64,000 nucleotides of DNA from Octopus sinensis (lineage: Eukaryota): assembly GCF_006345805.1 (NCBI RefSeq), contig NC_043003.1, positions 31,248,001-31,312,000 of the forward strand. Reading direction: 5' to 3'. Positions 37,261 to 51,072 of the stretch are shown here, one piece after another. The notes under the pieces were generated by a model, which ran no database searches, was not told where the DNA came from, and worked only from the letters and a program-made list of their open reading frames with translations. The position numbers and the translations under genes were made by a program. How positions within the stretch are numbered: the first letter of the stretch is position 1; each line of letters begins with the position of its first letter.

Positions 37261-39289
37261 TATTTATGCAAGTGTCTATTATATGCGACTGTATTAGCAA
37301 GTATAAATGGTCAATTATATTTATGTATCTCTGGTTATTAGTCGCATGGGAATGCATTGTGATTGATTTAATTTTGATTGCAATGCCTAAGAATAGCAAT
37401 CACTTGTTTAGAATGTCATTATTGTTAACGATGGTATTGTGGACCTAGCAACTGGTAACAAGATATAAAACTATCGAGATGATTGGGTTTTCTTGTCTGT
37501 GAATTTTGATTGTCTGATGAATAAAATATAAATCCTGCTCAACTGATTCGCTTTTATCTAAAACTCATTCATGCAGTTTAAACTCTTTCATACTAAACTT
37601 AAGTTTAGATTCGGATACACAGAAGGTGTGTGACCTAGTGATTAGGATATTGCATTCAAGATTGAAAAATTGTTATTTCGATTCCCAGACAGGTCGATGC
37701 GTTGTGTTCCTGAGAAAAACACTTCATTTCACGTTGTTATCACTTCAACATCTGGTGTGGCACCAGGCGCAATGCCGATTTGATCGAGAGCATGATCTAA
37801 TGTATAGTACAACATTTGATCAGTAGAAACATCATCTATTCAGCAAAATGAAGCAGTATTCCCATTTCTCGTTTAAGATAGATGAGTCCACTATATACTG
37901 AAATGTGCCACTCCTACCTTTACTGGACAAATGATGTGTTTATAACGTGCTGCTAAAATTGTTTGCAAATCAAGGTATTTGATTACAGCCAATTGAAGGA
38001 TGTCGATTAAAATTACATGTACTTTTGTAGGAAAGTTGTGTCTTGTCGATGACAGAATGTGTATAATCTATTCTAGGTTTGGAAGTTAGAAATTCTATCA
38101 GTATAATCATCTATATTTCTATTCTCATACTAACACATTAATGACACCGGTAAAGTATTTCCTTTGTTCGAACTATCATAATAAATAGATTTTCATTAAA
38201 AAAAGATCGATTCAATGCAGTCGTTTGCCTTTCGAGATATAGTAACGAAATCTCTCTTAAAGCGGATCCAACTCTTTCAATAAAGGAAAGACAAGATTGG
38301 TAACTTCCTGGGCAAAAATAAGGGATAGCTACGGCTGGAAAATTTTTGATTGTGGTCTACTCGATCAGAATTAACCTATAGCTAAGCAGTAGAAGCAGCA
38401 GTAGCAACCAGAAGAAAATAAAATCAATTTGTTTAATTTTTCGTGATCAGAAACATCGATAACCCATATTGATTTCAGGGTAAGACACTAGGACTTGAAT
38501 AGGTTTATATATATATTTCCATTATATCTACAGTCGAATGAAGAACAAAAGTAACTATTCTTTTAAAATATAAAAATGAACATCTTTTATATTCAACGCG
38601 AAGACCAGAGGCTGCAGATATAATCATGTAACTTCGGCTTGCTTTAATGATACTTCAGATTCAATTAAATTCATTCTCTTTGTTGATTATAATGAGAAAG
38701 CAAATAGTACAGTGTTGAAAGCAAAACTGATCGAATAATGGAATTTGTTATATGAAAATATAATTATTGTTCTCTACAAATTTATTTAACTAACATTATC
38801 CATTATATTATACCTCAAATAGAACATTTTTCTTTGTTATTGTCTTTGCCACTGTCTGTGTGTCTTTGTATGATTAAACTCTCTTTCTTAGATGTTCTCT
38901 GTTCGTAAACATTTAATATCATTAGGTGGGTATTTTTGATGTTTTTGTTCAATACCCAAGTCATTTCTGATCAAGGAGATCTATGATCAAGCGTGTTCAA
39001 GTCCCGATCATCTTACCATTTTTTGAGGCAAAATGTTATTAGAACTACATTATTTGTCCTTAATTTTCCTAAGAGAGTAGATTAGGATTTGGGATTTGTA
39101 GAGACTCCCTCGACGGCATGTTTAATATTGCTTTTATTATAATTAGTTTGAGTGTGAAGACAGCAGAGTTCTTGCCATATTTTGCTCTTGTCTTTCCATG
39201 TTCTAAATTTAAAACTAACAGGAGTCCAGTTTATCTTTAATCACATTAATGTCGATGGAAGTAGGTACCAGTGGTATAATTCTTATTTC

Positions 39290-40082
39290 TTATTTATTGC
39301 CCATAAGGGGTTAAACATAGAGAAGACAAACAAGGACAGACAAAGGGATTAAGTCGATTACATCGACCCCAGTGCGTAACTGGTACTTATTTAATTGACC
39401 CCGAAAACACAAAAGTTAAAATTGACCTCGGCGGAATTTGAACTCATAATGTGAAGACGGACAAAATACCACTAATTATTTGGCTCATCGTGCTAATATA
39501 CACTCATATATTAAGTTCTATCTGTCCCGTTTATTCTACCAAATCCATGAACGCACACGCGTACATTTATATATACCTATATACCTTTGTATATGTTTGT
39601 GTTTGTGTGTACGTATGTGTGTGTGTTTTGTGTGAGCATGTGTCCAAGAAATTAGCTCTTCTAAAATACCTGTACCACATTTATAAAAAATTATATTTAC
39701 TTATATATTTGAGCATATTATTCACATTATTACTGAGAATCCTTATAATATGATTCAATTATCTATTTCCTGGAATCCTGGAAGTTATGAGCATGCTTCA
39801 AATGACACATATGATTCGAAATGTGAAATGTTAATTTCAACGTAGTGGCAGACGAAATACCTATTTCTTTACTACCCACAAGAGGGGACAAACAATGATA
39901 AACAAACGGATTAAGTCAATTATATCGACCCCAGTGCGTAACTGGTACTTATTTAATCGACCTCGAAAGGATGAAAGGCAAAGTCGACCTCGGCGGAATT
40001 TGAACTCAGAACGTAACGGCAGACGAAATACTGCTAAGCATTTCGCCCAGTGTGCTACCGTTTCTGCCAGCTCACCGCCTTT
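39290..40082 (-). mobile_element. SINE family A copies (39290-39500 and 39830-40082)
   Basis: Same body as 1131-1842; the concatemer junction GAAATAC|CTATTTC recurs at 39860. Confidence 0.8.
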
Positions 40083-41701
40083 ACCAGTGGTATACTGGTG
40101 TCAATTCACTATCGTCTAAAACCTGTGACCTGCAGCTAATGTAAATCATCAATGATGATAGCTTAAATGATGAAAGATGTATTTCAAGAGACGATGACAA
40201 CAGAATGATGACCAAATAAACCTGGACGTATGTAGAACCCTGTTGAGCTTAGAATACTGATGAGACTGGAAGCTTATTGACTCCGAGACTAGAAGGAATG
40301 TTTCAATATCCAATTTCGACCGTTTTTTTCTTCGAAACATTAATACATGACTTTACAGGAATCTCCGGCCCCACAAAATTCCAACAGTGGTTATGTGATT
40401 AAGAGAGATGAGTTGCTGCTGTTGTCATCATTGCGTAGTCTCAGACAGACCCAAACAGGCTACTTATTTGCCGAAGCATTTGTCGTAAATCAGACATCTA
40501 TTGCCGTAGTCTATACCTTCAGGAGGATCAAACAGCGTATTTCCCATTGCAGAGATAAATCGATTGTGGTAAAATATGGCTTTCTTCTGCCTCTTGCTGT
40601 TGCCTGTTGCCATTGTATAAAAATATAATTACGTTCACTCGTTAATGTTATAGTTCTGCTTCTTGTTGCAGTTATCGCCTCCTAAGTGAGCTCTGGTTGA
40701 CCAGATTTATCTCATAGAAGTAGCAAACTGATTATCTATGAAAGATAAATAGGAAAGACTAATGTATACAGTTTTGTTATAAACAATGTCACAAGCAAAC
40801 CCATATACACGCACACAAAACATACACACTAAAAGCATACACACGCAAACACAGACACACACACATACAGACACACACACACAAACACAGATCTGGACGC
40901 AGATGTTGTACTGTACATTAGCTCATGGTCTCGATCAAATCGACATTGCGCCTTGTGCCACACACACCAGGTGTCGAAGTGATAACAGCAACGTGAAATG
41001 AAGTGTTTTACTCAGGAACACAACGCATCGACCTGTCTGGGAATCGAAATGACAAATTTTCAATCTTGAATGTAACACTTGAACAGATGGGGATACACAT
41101 CACGGGAAGACAACATGGATTAAGCAGAACAAGAGGAAACACACGGGATAAAGAGTCACTGAAGAGATCACAGGAAGTGTGACGAAAGAGCTTTAAGAAA
41201 AGATATAAAACGACAATGATAATAAAGCTGAAGTGAAGACCAAATATACAGTGCGTGTGTTTAATTGGCAAAATATGACCATCCTGAAGTATAATAATAC
41301 TAATATACATATTTCAATAATCATTCATTGTGACATAGAGCTTTAAATGTGGTTTAGCTTCAAACACAGAACAATACTACAGGTGCATTTAACAGGTCCT
41401 TATATCTCAAATGGCCCAGCATACCTTTGTGTGAATGGATACCAATATTTTGTAAGACCTGGCCGTTCTACGAATCAAGGAACTTGTATTTTACATACCA
41501 AATCTTACCAACTCATCTCAATATAAACTTAATTATCATACATGAACGCACAAGACGATGTGTGAGTATTTATGCGAGCGTATGTGTTGGAGTGCATTCG
41601 TAGATGCGTGAGTATATTCATGTACATACATTTATACACTATGAACATACATGCATGTACACACATGCTATCTATGTATATATATATATATAATATATAT
41701 A

Positions 41702-41754
<53 letters not shown>

Positions 41755-42535
41755 AATATATGTATATATATATGTATATATATAGATATACACGTACGTA
41801 CAAACACATACACACACGCACACACTCGCACACACTCGCACACACACGTACACACACACACACGCACACACACACACATATATATAGAGAGAGTGTGTGA
41901 GTGAAAGACACGTGATTTGATGTGTATGAGCAAACGCGAATGTATGCGTTATTCTTCCGGTTGAATAATCAATACTGTAGCGAACTTTAAATACCATTTG
42001 TACATTAAAGAAGAAATATACGGAATGTATCCTATTGAGACCAAATTTAGTTACCTTAGCAACAGCGAGTCGTCTTCGACACGCACGTAAATCAGCTGCC
42101 TATGCATAATGACCTCATAATTTTTATTGAGAAGTATTTTCTCTACTTCGAAGCCGAACAATTACTAAATTACTTTATAGTACTATCAAACTGGTGAAAT
42201 TGAAACCTTCCTGTTCTCTGACAAAAGCAAGCTACCACAGTAAAGCTCTACAAGAAGGCATATATATATTATATATAATATATATATATTATATATATAT
42301 ATATATAATATAATATATATATATTATATATATATATGTAAATATTATATATAATATATATATATAATATGTAATATATATATATAATATACATGATGTA
42401 TATATAATATATATATATATAATATGTAATATATATATATATAATATATATAATATATATGATGTATATATATATAATATATATATATATATAATATATA
42501 TATATATATATAATTATATATATATATATATTAAT

Positions 42536-42621
<86 letters not shown>

Positions 42622-42624
42622 CAC

Positions 42625-43457
42625 ACAGACATGTGAAATGTAATCGATATGTAAGTCTACATACTTTAGTATTTAGTTGACATTCCCTTTGCAGTTTTTA
42701 GTTCTGAAACTCTTTTTGGCATTGAACTGATGAGCTTTGTGATAGTCTATTGTGGAATTTCTGCTCACTTTTCACGCAGCAATCGAAACAATTCATCTTT
42801 AGATTTAGGTTTCTGTCGAGTTTTTCGTATAGCTCTATCTAGTATACTCCAAAGGTTTTCAATTAGATTCATGGCTCGACCGAGGAAGCTTTTTGATCCC
42901 ATTTTCAGTTAGTCATTGTTGATTTATTTTCGCTGTGTGGCATGGAGCCCCATCTTCCATGAATAAAAACTCATTTTTCGTTATGTCATCGTGTGAATAT
43001 ATCGGAAGTAGTCCTTGCTTAAGTATTTCGATGTTTTTTTTATGGTTCCAACACATTCGATCAGCTCAGAATGACCATTGCTGGTGACAGCTCCTCATAC
43101 CATTACAGAGTCACCGCCATATTTCACAGTTGGTTGGAGTTGTTTCAAATCACGTCCACTGTCTGAAAATAATGCAAATCTAGATTCATCTGAGAAAATC
43201 ACTCTATCCCCAAATGAGCTGGATTTTTCTGACATCTCCTTAGCCCATTTTTTTCTTTTCATGATATTAATCGGTTGAAGGAGAGGTTTTCTTCTAGCTG
43301 CTCGTCCATAATACCCAAGCTTATGCAAATATGTAACACACGTTCTTGGACTAACTTCTAGCTGTTTTGCAATGTCAGAAGCCTTCGAACGGGGTTCGTT
43401 TTCCACAATTCTCTTCAAACAGCAAAGTTTCCTTTCCGAGGGTCCAGGTCGACCGGG
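42625..43457 (-). mobile_element. Tc1-type transposase pseudogene, 5' part missing
   Basis: GYYGRAARRKPLL...VIFSDESRF...PTVKYGGDSVMV, then FMEDGAPCHTA and MNLIENLW (DDE triad). Confidence 0.88.
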
Positions 43458-43562
43458 ATGAGAATACTGCTAAGCATTTCGCCCAGTGTGTTAACGTTTC
43501 TGCCAGCCCACCGCTTTTACCAGTGGTATACTAGTGTCAATTCACTATCGTCTATAAACCTG

Positions 43563-46115
43563 TGTAACGAAACTAGTGTGAATATCTTCTCTGGACCTTT
43601 TGGGGGTGCGAGAAGCAATCACTTCCCGTTGCTTTTAAATCCAGATTCTCTACCAGTCAGAAACAACAAGACGCAGACGTAAATAATATATATCTACTTT
43701 ATTCTCTTATGTGGTAACAGATAATTGGTGTATCTGGCATCCCTTTGGTATAGATGTGTCTCAGCTGAACCTTATCGCTGTAAAATAAGAAAGTGTTCAA
43801 ATGCAAAACGACACTTGTCAAAGATGGCGTCCGGAGAAAGGAAGATGATGTAGTCTGCAACAATTTGGTTAAAGCCTTCGGCCGGCTGCTATCAAATTCG
43901 GACAGAGAGAATATACGTGTTGTACCTTCGATAGCCATGTCTCAAGTCGCTGCTGACTGCTGCTAGTGGTCAAACGTTCTACGATCCCCTTGCCTCGGCT
44001 AACTGCCACGTAAGCAAAAGGGTTCTTCTTCCGGTGCTTCGCGCATGCGCCGCTGTATAGCGTCACTACAGATCTCCACCCCAGTGCGAAGCACGACACA
44101 AAATTCCTTGTAGTGACTATAAAACTCAAGGTGGATACCAGATAACCAAATAGCACACAATATAATAAAATGGCAAAATTTACAACATACATAAGAAGTC
44201 TACCAAAAGGAAAAAATACTCAAAATGAGCAAAATCAAAAGTGCATGCGTGAAGGTGGATACGTCACAAAGTATAGAGCCTTCCGCTGACTAGCGGAAGG
44301 AAAGCAAACTCACAGTTAATATACCTAGGCGAAATTAAAATCCAACTTCTCTAAAGGTGGTTGATCCTGCGAAATAGCAGTTAAATCAATTGCTGCAGGA
44401 GAGGAAATGGAATCGACAGATAGATCGCTAGTAACACAAAAGGCGACAGTGCAAGCATGCTGGTGTGATGCGCGACACAGATAAGTCTCTCTGTTAATTA
44501 CGTGACCAACAGGGGTCTAACAGGGAAAAAATTACGCCTATACATGGCGCAGCGCATGTGAACATCCGACATTCTTTGAGTCGGGAAAAGAACTAAGCTA
44601 ACGCAAACGTGTTGCAAAAACAAGGCAATACACGTGCGAAGCAAAGGCGCATGAAATGCAATAGAGCTTGCCAGACCGAAAAACAGCAATGAATATGCCA
44701 GTGGTTGAGCGATTATATGCCTCGTTCATACAGGAACAAAAGTATGACATGCTGGCGCGTTATAATGGACAAACAACCCTCTCTATGTATACGTGACCCC
44801 TAGGGTCTATAGAAATGAGGTGTGTCCACAAAAGGCAAATTTAGCATGGAGAAAACAAGCGAGAAAAGCATGTGTGACGTATGTATGTGAGAGAGATAGC
44901 ATTTATGTGTGTGCACGTGTGTGCGACAGAAATACATACAAGGTGAATGCGAGCAAAAATAAAAATACAGCGCATAGGAAAAATGTCTCTCAGGGCTATC
45001 TCAGACAATGGAGTCAATTTACCAGTCTCTAATAGCCTGATGCACAATAGCAGTTCGTTCTGTAACAGAATGTTGAGATCACAAATGCAGATGCCGATTG
45101 GACACATATCGTGTAACAGTTGTGGCTTCAATGCTGTGACAGCTTAACTGGAACAGAAGAATCTCGTAGATAGTGCTGGGCTGTTAATTCTTTGGTGTGC
45201 CATGCACAAAACAGCATGAAAGCTAAAGTTCCGCTAGTTGCTATGTACATCTTGTGGAGGTCGACGGTGTTGAAAGGCGACGGTGGTGGTGGAAGGCGAC
45301 TGTAGTGGACTTGAGACAACATTGTTCTTAGTGGTGATGGCGACGAAAATAACGACGACGTGAAGTTCTAAGACGACGATGATGATGACGAAGGCAGAGA
45401 AAAAGCATCGATGATATGATGGCGTCCGTCATCATTGTTGAAGAATAAGAAAAGGGCTCCTTCTATAACGGTCCGAGAGGACGGAAACAAATCGTCGAAA
45501 GATGAATGCGTAGAGTTAATCGTGTTCCGACTTCGCAGAAAAACTGTATTTCTTTGTTGTTAAGTGATCTCTGGTTTTCGACCAGAATCACGTCGGGGTC
45601 ACTACCGTAACAAACTGGAGTGTGAATATCTTCTCTGGACCTTTTGGGGGTGCGAGAAGCAATCACTATCCGTTGATTTAATAATCCAGAATTCTACCCG
45701 TCAGAAACAAACAAGACGCAAACGTAAATAATATATATCTACTTTATTCTCTTATGTGGTAACAGATAATTGGTGTATCTGGCATCCCTTTGGTATAGAT
45801 GTGTCTCAGCTGAACCTTATCGCTGTAAAATAAGAAAGTGTTCAAATGCAAAACGACACTTGTCAAAGATGGCGTCCGGAGAAAGGAAGATGATGTAGTC
45901 TGCAACAATTTGGTTAAAGCCTTCGGCCGACTGCTATCAAATTCGGACAGAGAGAATATACGTGTTGTACCTTCGATAGCCATGTCTCAAGTCGCTGCTG
46001 ACTACTGCTAGTGGTCAAACGTTCTACGATCCCCTTGCCTCGGCTAACTGCCACGTAAGCAAAAGGGTTCTTCTTCCGGTGCTTCGCGCATGCGCCGCTG
46101 TATAGCGTCACTACA
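43563..46115 (-). mobile_element. Non-autonomous LTR retrotransposon (Ty3/Gypsy-type, 2.55 kb)
   Basis: LTRs at 43563-44070 and 45606-46115 (TG...CA; one terminal base of the second copy is mutated). TSD CCTG at 43559-43562 and 46116-46119. PBS at 45587-45604. PPT GGGGTGGAGAT at 44072-44082 on the minus strand. No pol ORF in the 1.5-kb interior. Confidence 0.9.
45587..45604 (-). promoter_or_regulatory. Primer-binding site for tRNA-Trp
   Basis: Minus strand TAGTGACCCCGACGTGAT differs at one base from TGGTGACCCCGACGTGAT, the complement of the metazoan tRNA-Trp 3' end (ATCACGTCGGGGTCACCA). It starts 1 nt inside the 5' LTR end. Confidence 0.85.
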
Positions 46116-46235
46116 CCTGTGACCTGCTGCTAATGTAAAACATCAATGATGATAGCTTAAATGATGAAAGACGTATTAAGACGCTTAGATAAGAAATTTT
46201 GAAAATTATAGGTGTCTATTTACTTCCTGCATGTC

Positions 46236-46279
<44 letters not shown>

Positions 46280-46283
<4 letters not shown>

Positions 46284-46660
46284 AGAATGGGTGTGTAGTA
46301 AGTAGCTTGCTTACCAACCACATAGTTCCGGGTTCAGTCCCACTGCGTGGTACCTTGCGCAAGTGTCTTCTACTATAGCCATGGGCCGACCAAAGCCTTG
46401 TGAGAGGATTTTGGATTTTGTAGATATATAAGTGTGTGTATGTGTGTATGTATGTTTGTATGTCTATCTTTGTCCCCCAACATCACTTGACAACCGATGT
46501 TGCTGTGTTTACGCCCCCCTAGTTAGCGGTTCGGAAAAAGTGACCGATAGAATAAGTACTAGGTTTACAAATAATACGTCCTGGGGTCGATTTGTATGAC
46601 TAAAGGCGGTGCTCCAGGATGGCCGCAGTCAAATGACTGAAACAAAATAAATGAATAAAA
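46280..46660 (+). mobile_element. Full-length SINE family B
   Basis: Head, body and tail GGCGGTGCTCCAGGATGGCCGCAGTCAAATGACTGAAAC. Confidence 0.85.
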
Positions 46661-46874
46661 GAATTTATATATATATATATATATATATATTATTAAGGTG
46701 GCTATTCGCAATTTACAACTGAAAGGCAACAAGCATAGTCGTCACTAAAGTGACTAAGGGTGCCAGCCAGCACCAGCATTGCTAGAATTAAGAGTCAAAA
46801 CAACTTTTAGCCGCGTAAGACCACTTTTCTAAACGACTGACAAAGGAGACAAGCCCCTTACAGCAAGCGAGATG

Positions 46875-46922
46875 GAGTCATATCAGCTGATTTTAGATTT
46901 GATTTATCTTCATCAGTGAGCC
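46875..46922 (-). ncRNA. Hammerhead-like motif with GAAA changed to AAAA, inside a 320-bp direct-repeat unit
   Basis: Minus strand reads GGCUCA-CUGAUGA-AGAU AAAUCAA AUCU-AAAA-U-CAGCUG-AUA-UGACUCC. Confidence 0.45.
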
Positions 46923-48229
46923 ATTATATTGTCACCGAGGGTTAAAGAACCTAACTAACACTGTCAGTCTTATAGAGAACACCATAGGAAACATTGACTG
47001 ATTCCGAAAATGGTAAGTTGGCTATTCGCAATTTACAACCGAAAGGCAGCAAATATAATCGTCACTAAAGTGACTGAGCATATTAGTTATTTTAAGCTTT
47101 CCTGCAAAGAATTCGCTTCTTGATGTATTTATGTATGCTTATGTGTGTATGTATGCATATCGGATATGTATTCTGCAGCAGGGTGTCTTTTTGCTTAGCT
47201 CCAAGTTAGCTGTCATCAACTGATTTAGAAGTAAAAATATTATAACTATGACCGCACCATGTTTTAAGGAGTGATGTAAAATTTCATCATCTAATATACC
47301 TCTTCTGTTTTAAGATATTATGCGTAATATAAAGGAGGCGTAGTTACTTGGTTACAACCTGTAACAGATGAGGCTCTCCAATTGTCTTATGCTATGCAAT
47401 TTAGGTTCATCAAGTAAAATGTCATATGTTACCACTTCATTTGTGGTTTCATTTGACAGCCTATCTGCTTATCCGCGTCAGGTAGAGCAGGAAGGAAAAA
47501 GAGGCTTCACTGGCAGGTGTTAGCTTTCTTCGAACATTTCAAGTAGTGTCATTGATGCTCCTTTAAGGACATGTTTCGTTTGGCTGATTGCATTCAGTTT
47601 CATGTATTTATCAAGGGTTTACCGACATTTCCACACAACACAGTTTAGCTCGGACATTGAATTTGCCTACCTATATACGTATGGATATATGTGTTTATGA
47701 GGGTGTAGGTATGTATGTATCTATCTCTCTATCTCTCTCTATACACACTCACATATATATGTATATATATGTATGCATATATATGGTACACACATACATA
47801 TATTTATACATTCACCCCGACTCAATATAAATACTGAATGTAGAAGATGTATCCCTCTTCATTAATCCAAGGCAAGCCTCATATCGCAGAGACCTTGCAC
47901 ATACAGAGAAAATATCACGTTCGGCACTAAATGAAACTTGATCCCAGAATTGACCACAGCCTACGGACACAAGGAGTAATTATCTTCATCTGTGAATACC
48001 TAGCAACAAATGTTCTGCTCTCACACTTCTATACAATGTGTGATACAGTAATAATGAATGTTATCGATTTCAATTTGATGATGAGTATTACCTATCATCC
48101 TCCTGATGCGATTAATTCGGTAATTATTTCAGGGAAGATTTGTCATATTTAAGTCGAATCCTAAATGGTAATTAACCCATAGGCCAATGTACTTTTAAAA
48201 GGAGATTATATTTTCTTAAGTATAGCCGG

Positions 48230-49830
48230 TCTGCTGGCTATATCTAACCATGAACAACGCTACTGAACAAGAGATATGTAGAAGTTCTCCTCGGCACCAC
48301 AAAAACACTCCTCATGCAACAAATAATTACCTGCCCAACCAGAGGAAACACCATAGCTGACCGAATCTTTACTGACAATACAAACTTTACTTACAATATT
48401 CAGGTCATTCTAACACTATTTCTGACCACAACATGATAGAACTAATCTGTATGTGGTTCCAAGACGGCAATACGCAGACACAAAAATAATATCAAATATG
48501 GCTCGCTCATTAGGGACTTAAATCTAAGGAACACTAACTGGAAAACAATTGAAACTGAAATCCTTACAAGAAATTGACCTTAGTGTATTGGCAATATCAA
48601 TGTTAATGAAATTAATGAAATAACGAATATTCTGTGCGCAGAGATTATCTTCTTTAAACATGCCTATTTTCACAAGGAATTCAATTCCACAAGACAGACG
48701 TAACAGAACTAAACAAATGAAATATCTAAAAAAAAAAAAAATAAAAAATAAAAAATAAAAATCTCATCAAACTCTCAACTGACAAGATTGAGGAAGAGAA
48801 TAACAAAATGAAGGGCATTGAACTGGATGTTAAAAAAATCTTATGAAGACCATTGAACTGGATCTTAAAAAGAAATCTTGTGAACAAAGAAAGTTTTCTA
48901 AAGGAACACCAAGTAGTGGAAAATATATAGTCTAACACTAAGGTATTCCACATTGCCAGACAAGCACCAGGAATTTACAATCAAATTAGCCCTCCAATGG
49001 AAACAAAAGGATAATTATACCAACAATCCATTACAAATATGCGAACTCTTAAGACAACAATATAACAGCAAGTCCCCACATCCCAAACTTAATAAAATAG
49101 TGAATAGTCCAAGCAAATTCTTCAAACTTCAGAATTCAATTGCAGAGACACATCTATGAATTGATGATATTATGAAAGAGGATGTAATTACTGCTATTAA
49201 CGGTCTGTATTTAAACTTAACACTAGGATTAGTTGCGCTTTGCTTAAGAAACTTGTAAATACTGCCTAACCAAATCATTAAAGATGCTATTCGAAAATTC
49301 ATTAGGGTACGGGATATTCTCTGAATTGCTACAAGAAAAAAAATGACCACCAAAAACGACCTATACACAAACATGGTGGCAGTGTTGAAACTGAAAATTA
49401 AAGACCAATTTTGCTCACATCTCACACAGCTAAAATTGTAGAACGTATTTTTCGAAAAAGAATAATCGACTATCTGGAGAAAAACAAACCGCTTAGATAC
49501 GCAGCATGTTGTCGAACCTGACGGAGTCACCTGACACAACAACTGCAGTACTGTAATATACCGAAGGGAATGGACACTGATTGCATATGCCTTGATTTTG
49601 CTAATACCGGACCAGCGGATTATACAAGGTTACAATCATGGAACATCGGCCGTCTCCAGCTCAATTATATACCAACTTCCAGTCATAAAACTTCAACGAA
49701 ACTAAAAAAGAGAAAAGGTAATCTAAAATAAAAAATTAAATAAAAGAAAAATAAGGCGGCATTCCAGAATGGCCATAGTCCATTGATTGAAATCACTAAA
49801 AGAATAAGCGAATACAGAAACGCGCATACA
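48230..49830 (+). pseudogene. Old, heavily decayed CR1-type LINE ORF2 fragment
   Basis: PTRGNTIADRIFTDN...SDHNMIEL (APE) and later TQQL...CLDFA remnants parallel the 32-35 kb element. Confidence 0.6.
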
Positions 49831-50221
49831 AACCCACATATATACACCATATATACATACATGCACATATACGTATGCATGTACATATGTATGTATACAA
49901 ATTTCGTTAAACGAAAGAGAATCAATTTAATGCCTTTTCTTTGGGTCCTTAACGACCTTTAAAGAAGGTTTTGTGATTTAAATTGTTCAGAACTCTCCCT
50001 TATTCTATGTTTAAATATTTGAAAACCCTATAGTGGTATTGTTTTCTTTCTAGGTTACATACTATAGTCTAAAATCTTTCTAGAATCTCTCACGAAGTTA
50101 AAACTAAAAAGTAAGAAAATAACACTATAGAGTGGATGTTAGCAAAGATAATGGTGAAAACATTTTGAATGGATTTTATTATTGTAAAGATAAAAGAAGT
50201 TGGAAAAAAGTCTTTGTTGCA

Positions 50222-50620
50222 AAGGTGCAGTCGTGGTTGTGTAGTAAGAAGCTTATTTCCCTACCACATCGTTTCGGGTTCAGTCCCACTGCGTGACATT
50301 TTGAGCAAGTTTCTTCTGTTATAGCCTCGGGCCGACCAAAGCCTTGTGAGTGGATTTGATTAACAAAAACTGAAAGAAGTCTGTCGTATGTGTGTGCTGT
50401 ATGCATGTGTGTGTCTTTGAGTATGTGTTTGTCCGCACCATCACCGCTTGACAACCGGTGTTAGTGAGTTTACGCCCCCGTAACTTAGCGGTTCGGTAAA
50501 AACGACCGATAGAATAAGTACTAGGCTTAAAAAATAAGTCTTGGGGTCGATTTGTTGAACTAAAAAAAAATTCATGCTCCAGCATGGCCGCAGTCAAATA
50601 TCTGAAACAAGTGAAAAAAA
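50222..50620 (+). mobile_element. SINE family B
   Basis: Head, body and CR1-like tail are recognisable. Confidence 0.8.
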
Positions 50621-50659
50621 TGTAGTCAAGATAAATTGAAAGATCGCATTATATTAATA

Positions 50660-50971
50660 TTTTTGGTTGTGGAAGAAGGGATAGTGCTCATTGCTTTTGT
50701 AGGTTCTCTGAGATCTGCGTGATTGATGGTAGTAATGTCCCATTTAAACTGTCGTAAGCCGACATTTCATGGAAAGATAGTAACAGGGAAGCGATTCCAG
50801 AGAGGCGATGTACCTGGAGAAAGGACTGGAAAGAGTGGTTAGTGCAATTTTACGGTTTGGTGCAACAATGGGTGGGATGTAAACAGGGTGATAAAAGAAG
50901 GAGATATATACCTGCTCGGAAGACGTACAAGATTAGCCAACTTCGTCGAAAAGGCGTCACTAAAAAAGGGG

Positions 50972-50975
<4 letters not shown>
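50660..50975 (-). pseudogene. 3' fragment of a second CR1/L2-type LINE
   Basis: Minus strand gives PGTSPLWNRFPVTIFP*NVGLRQFKWDI, resembling the FFP.T..LWN.LP...F...L..FK ORF2 end. Confidence 0.5.
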
Positions 50976-51008
<33 letters not shown>

Positions 51009-51010
51009 GA

Positions 51011-51072
<62 letters not shown>

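Noticed and set aside
40347-40628. 93-aa plus ORF, and a 49-aa minus ORF starting MATGNSKRQKK, as a host exon
   Set aside because: Both strands give plausible but unrecognised frames and the splice signals are only moderate; cannot be supported.
43563-44070. Hammerhead within the LTRs (plant-type LTR retrozyme)
   Set aside because: I found no CUGAnGA...GAAA motif on either strand of the LTRs.
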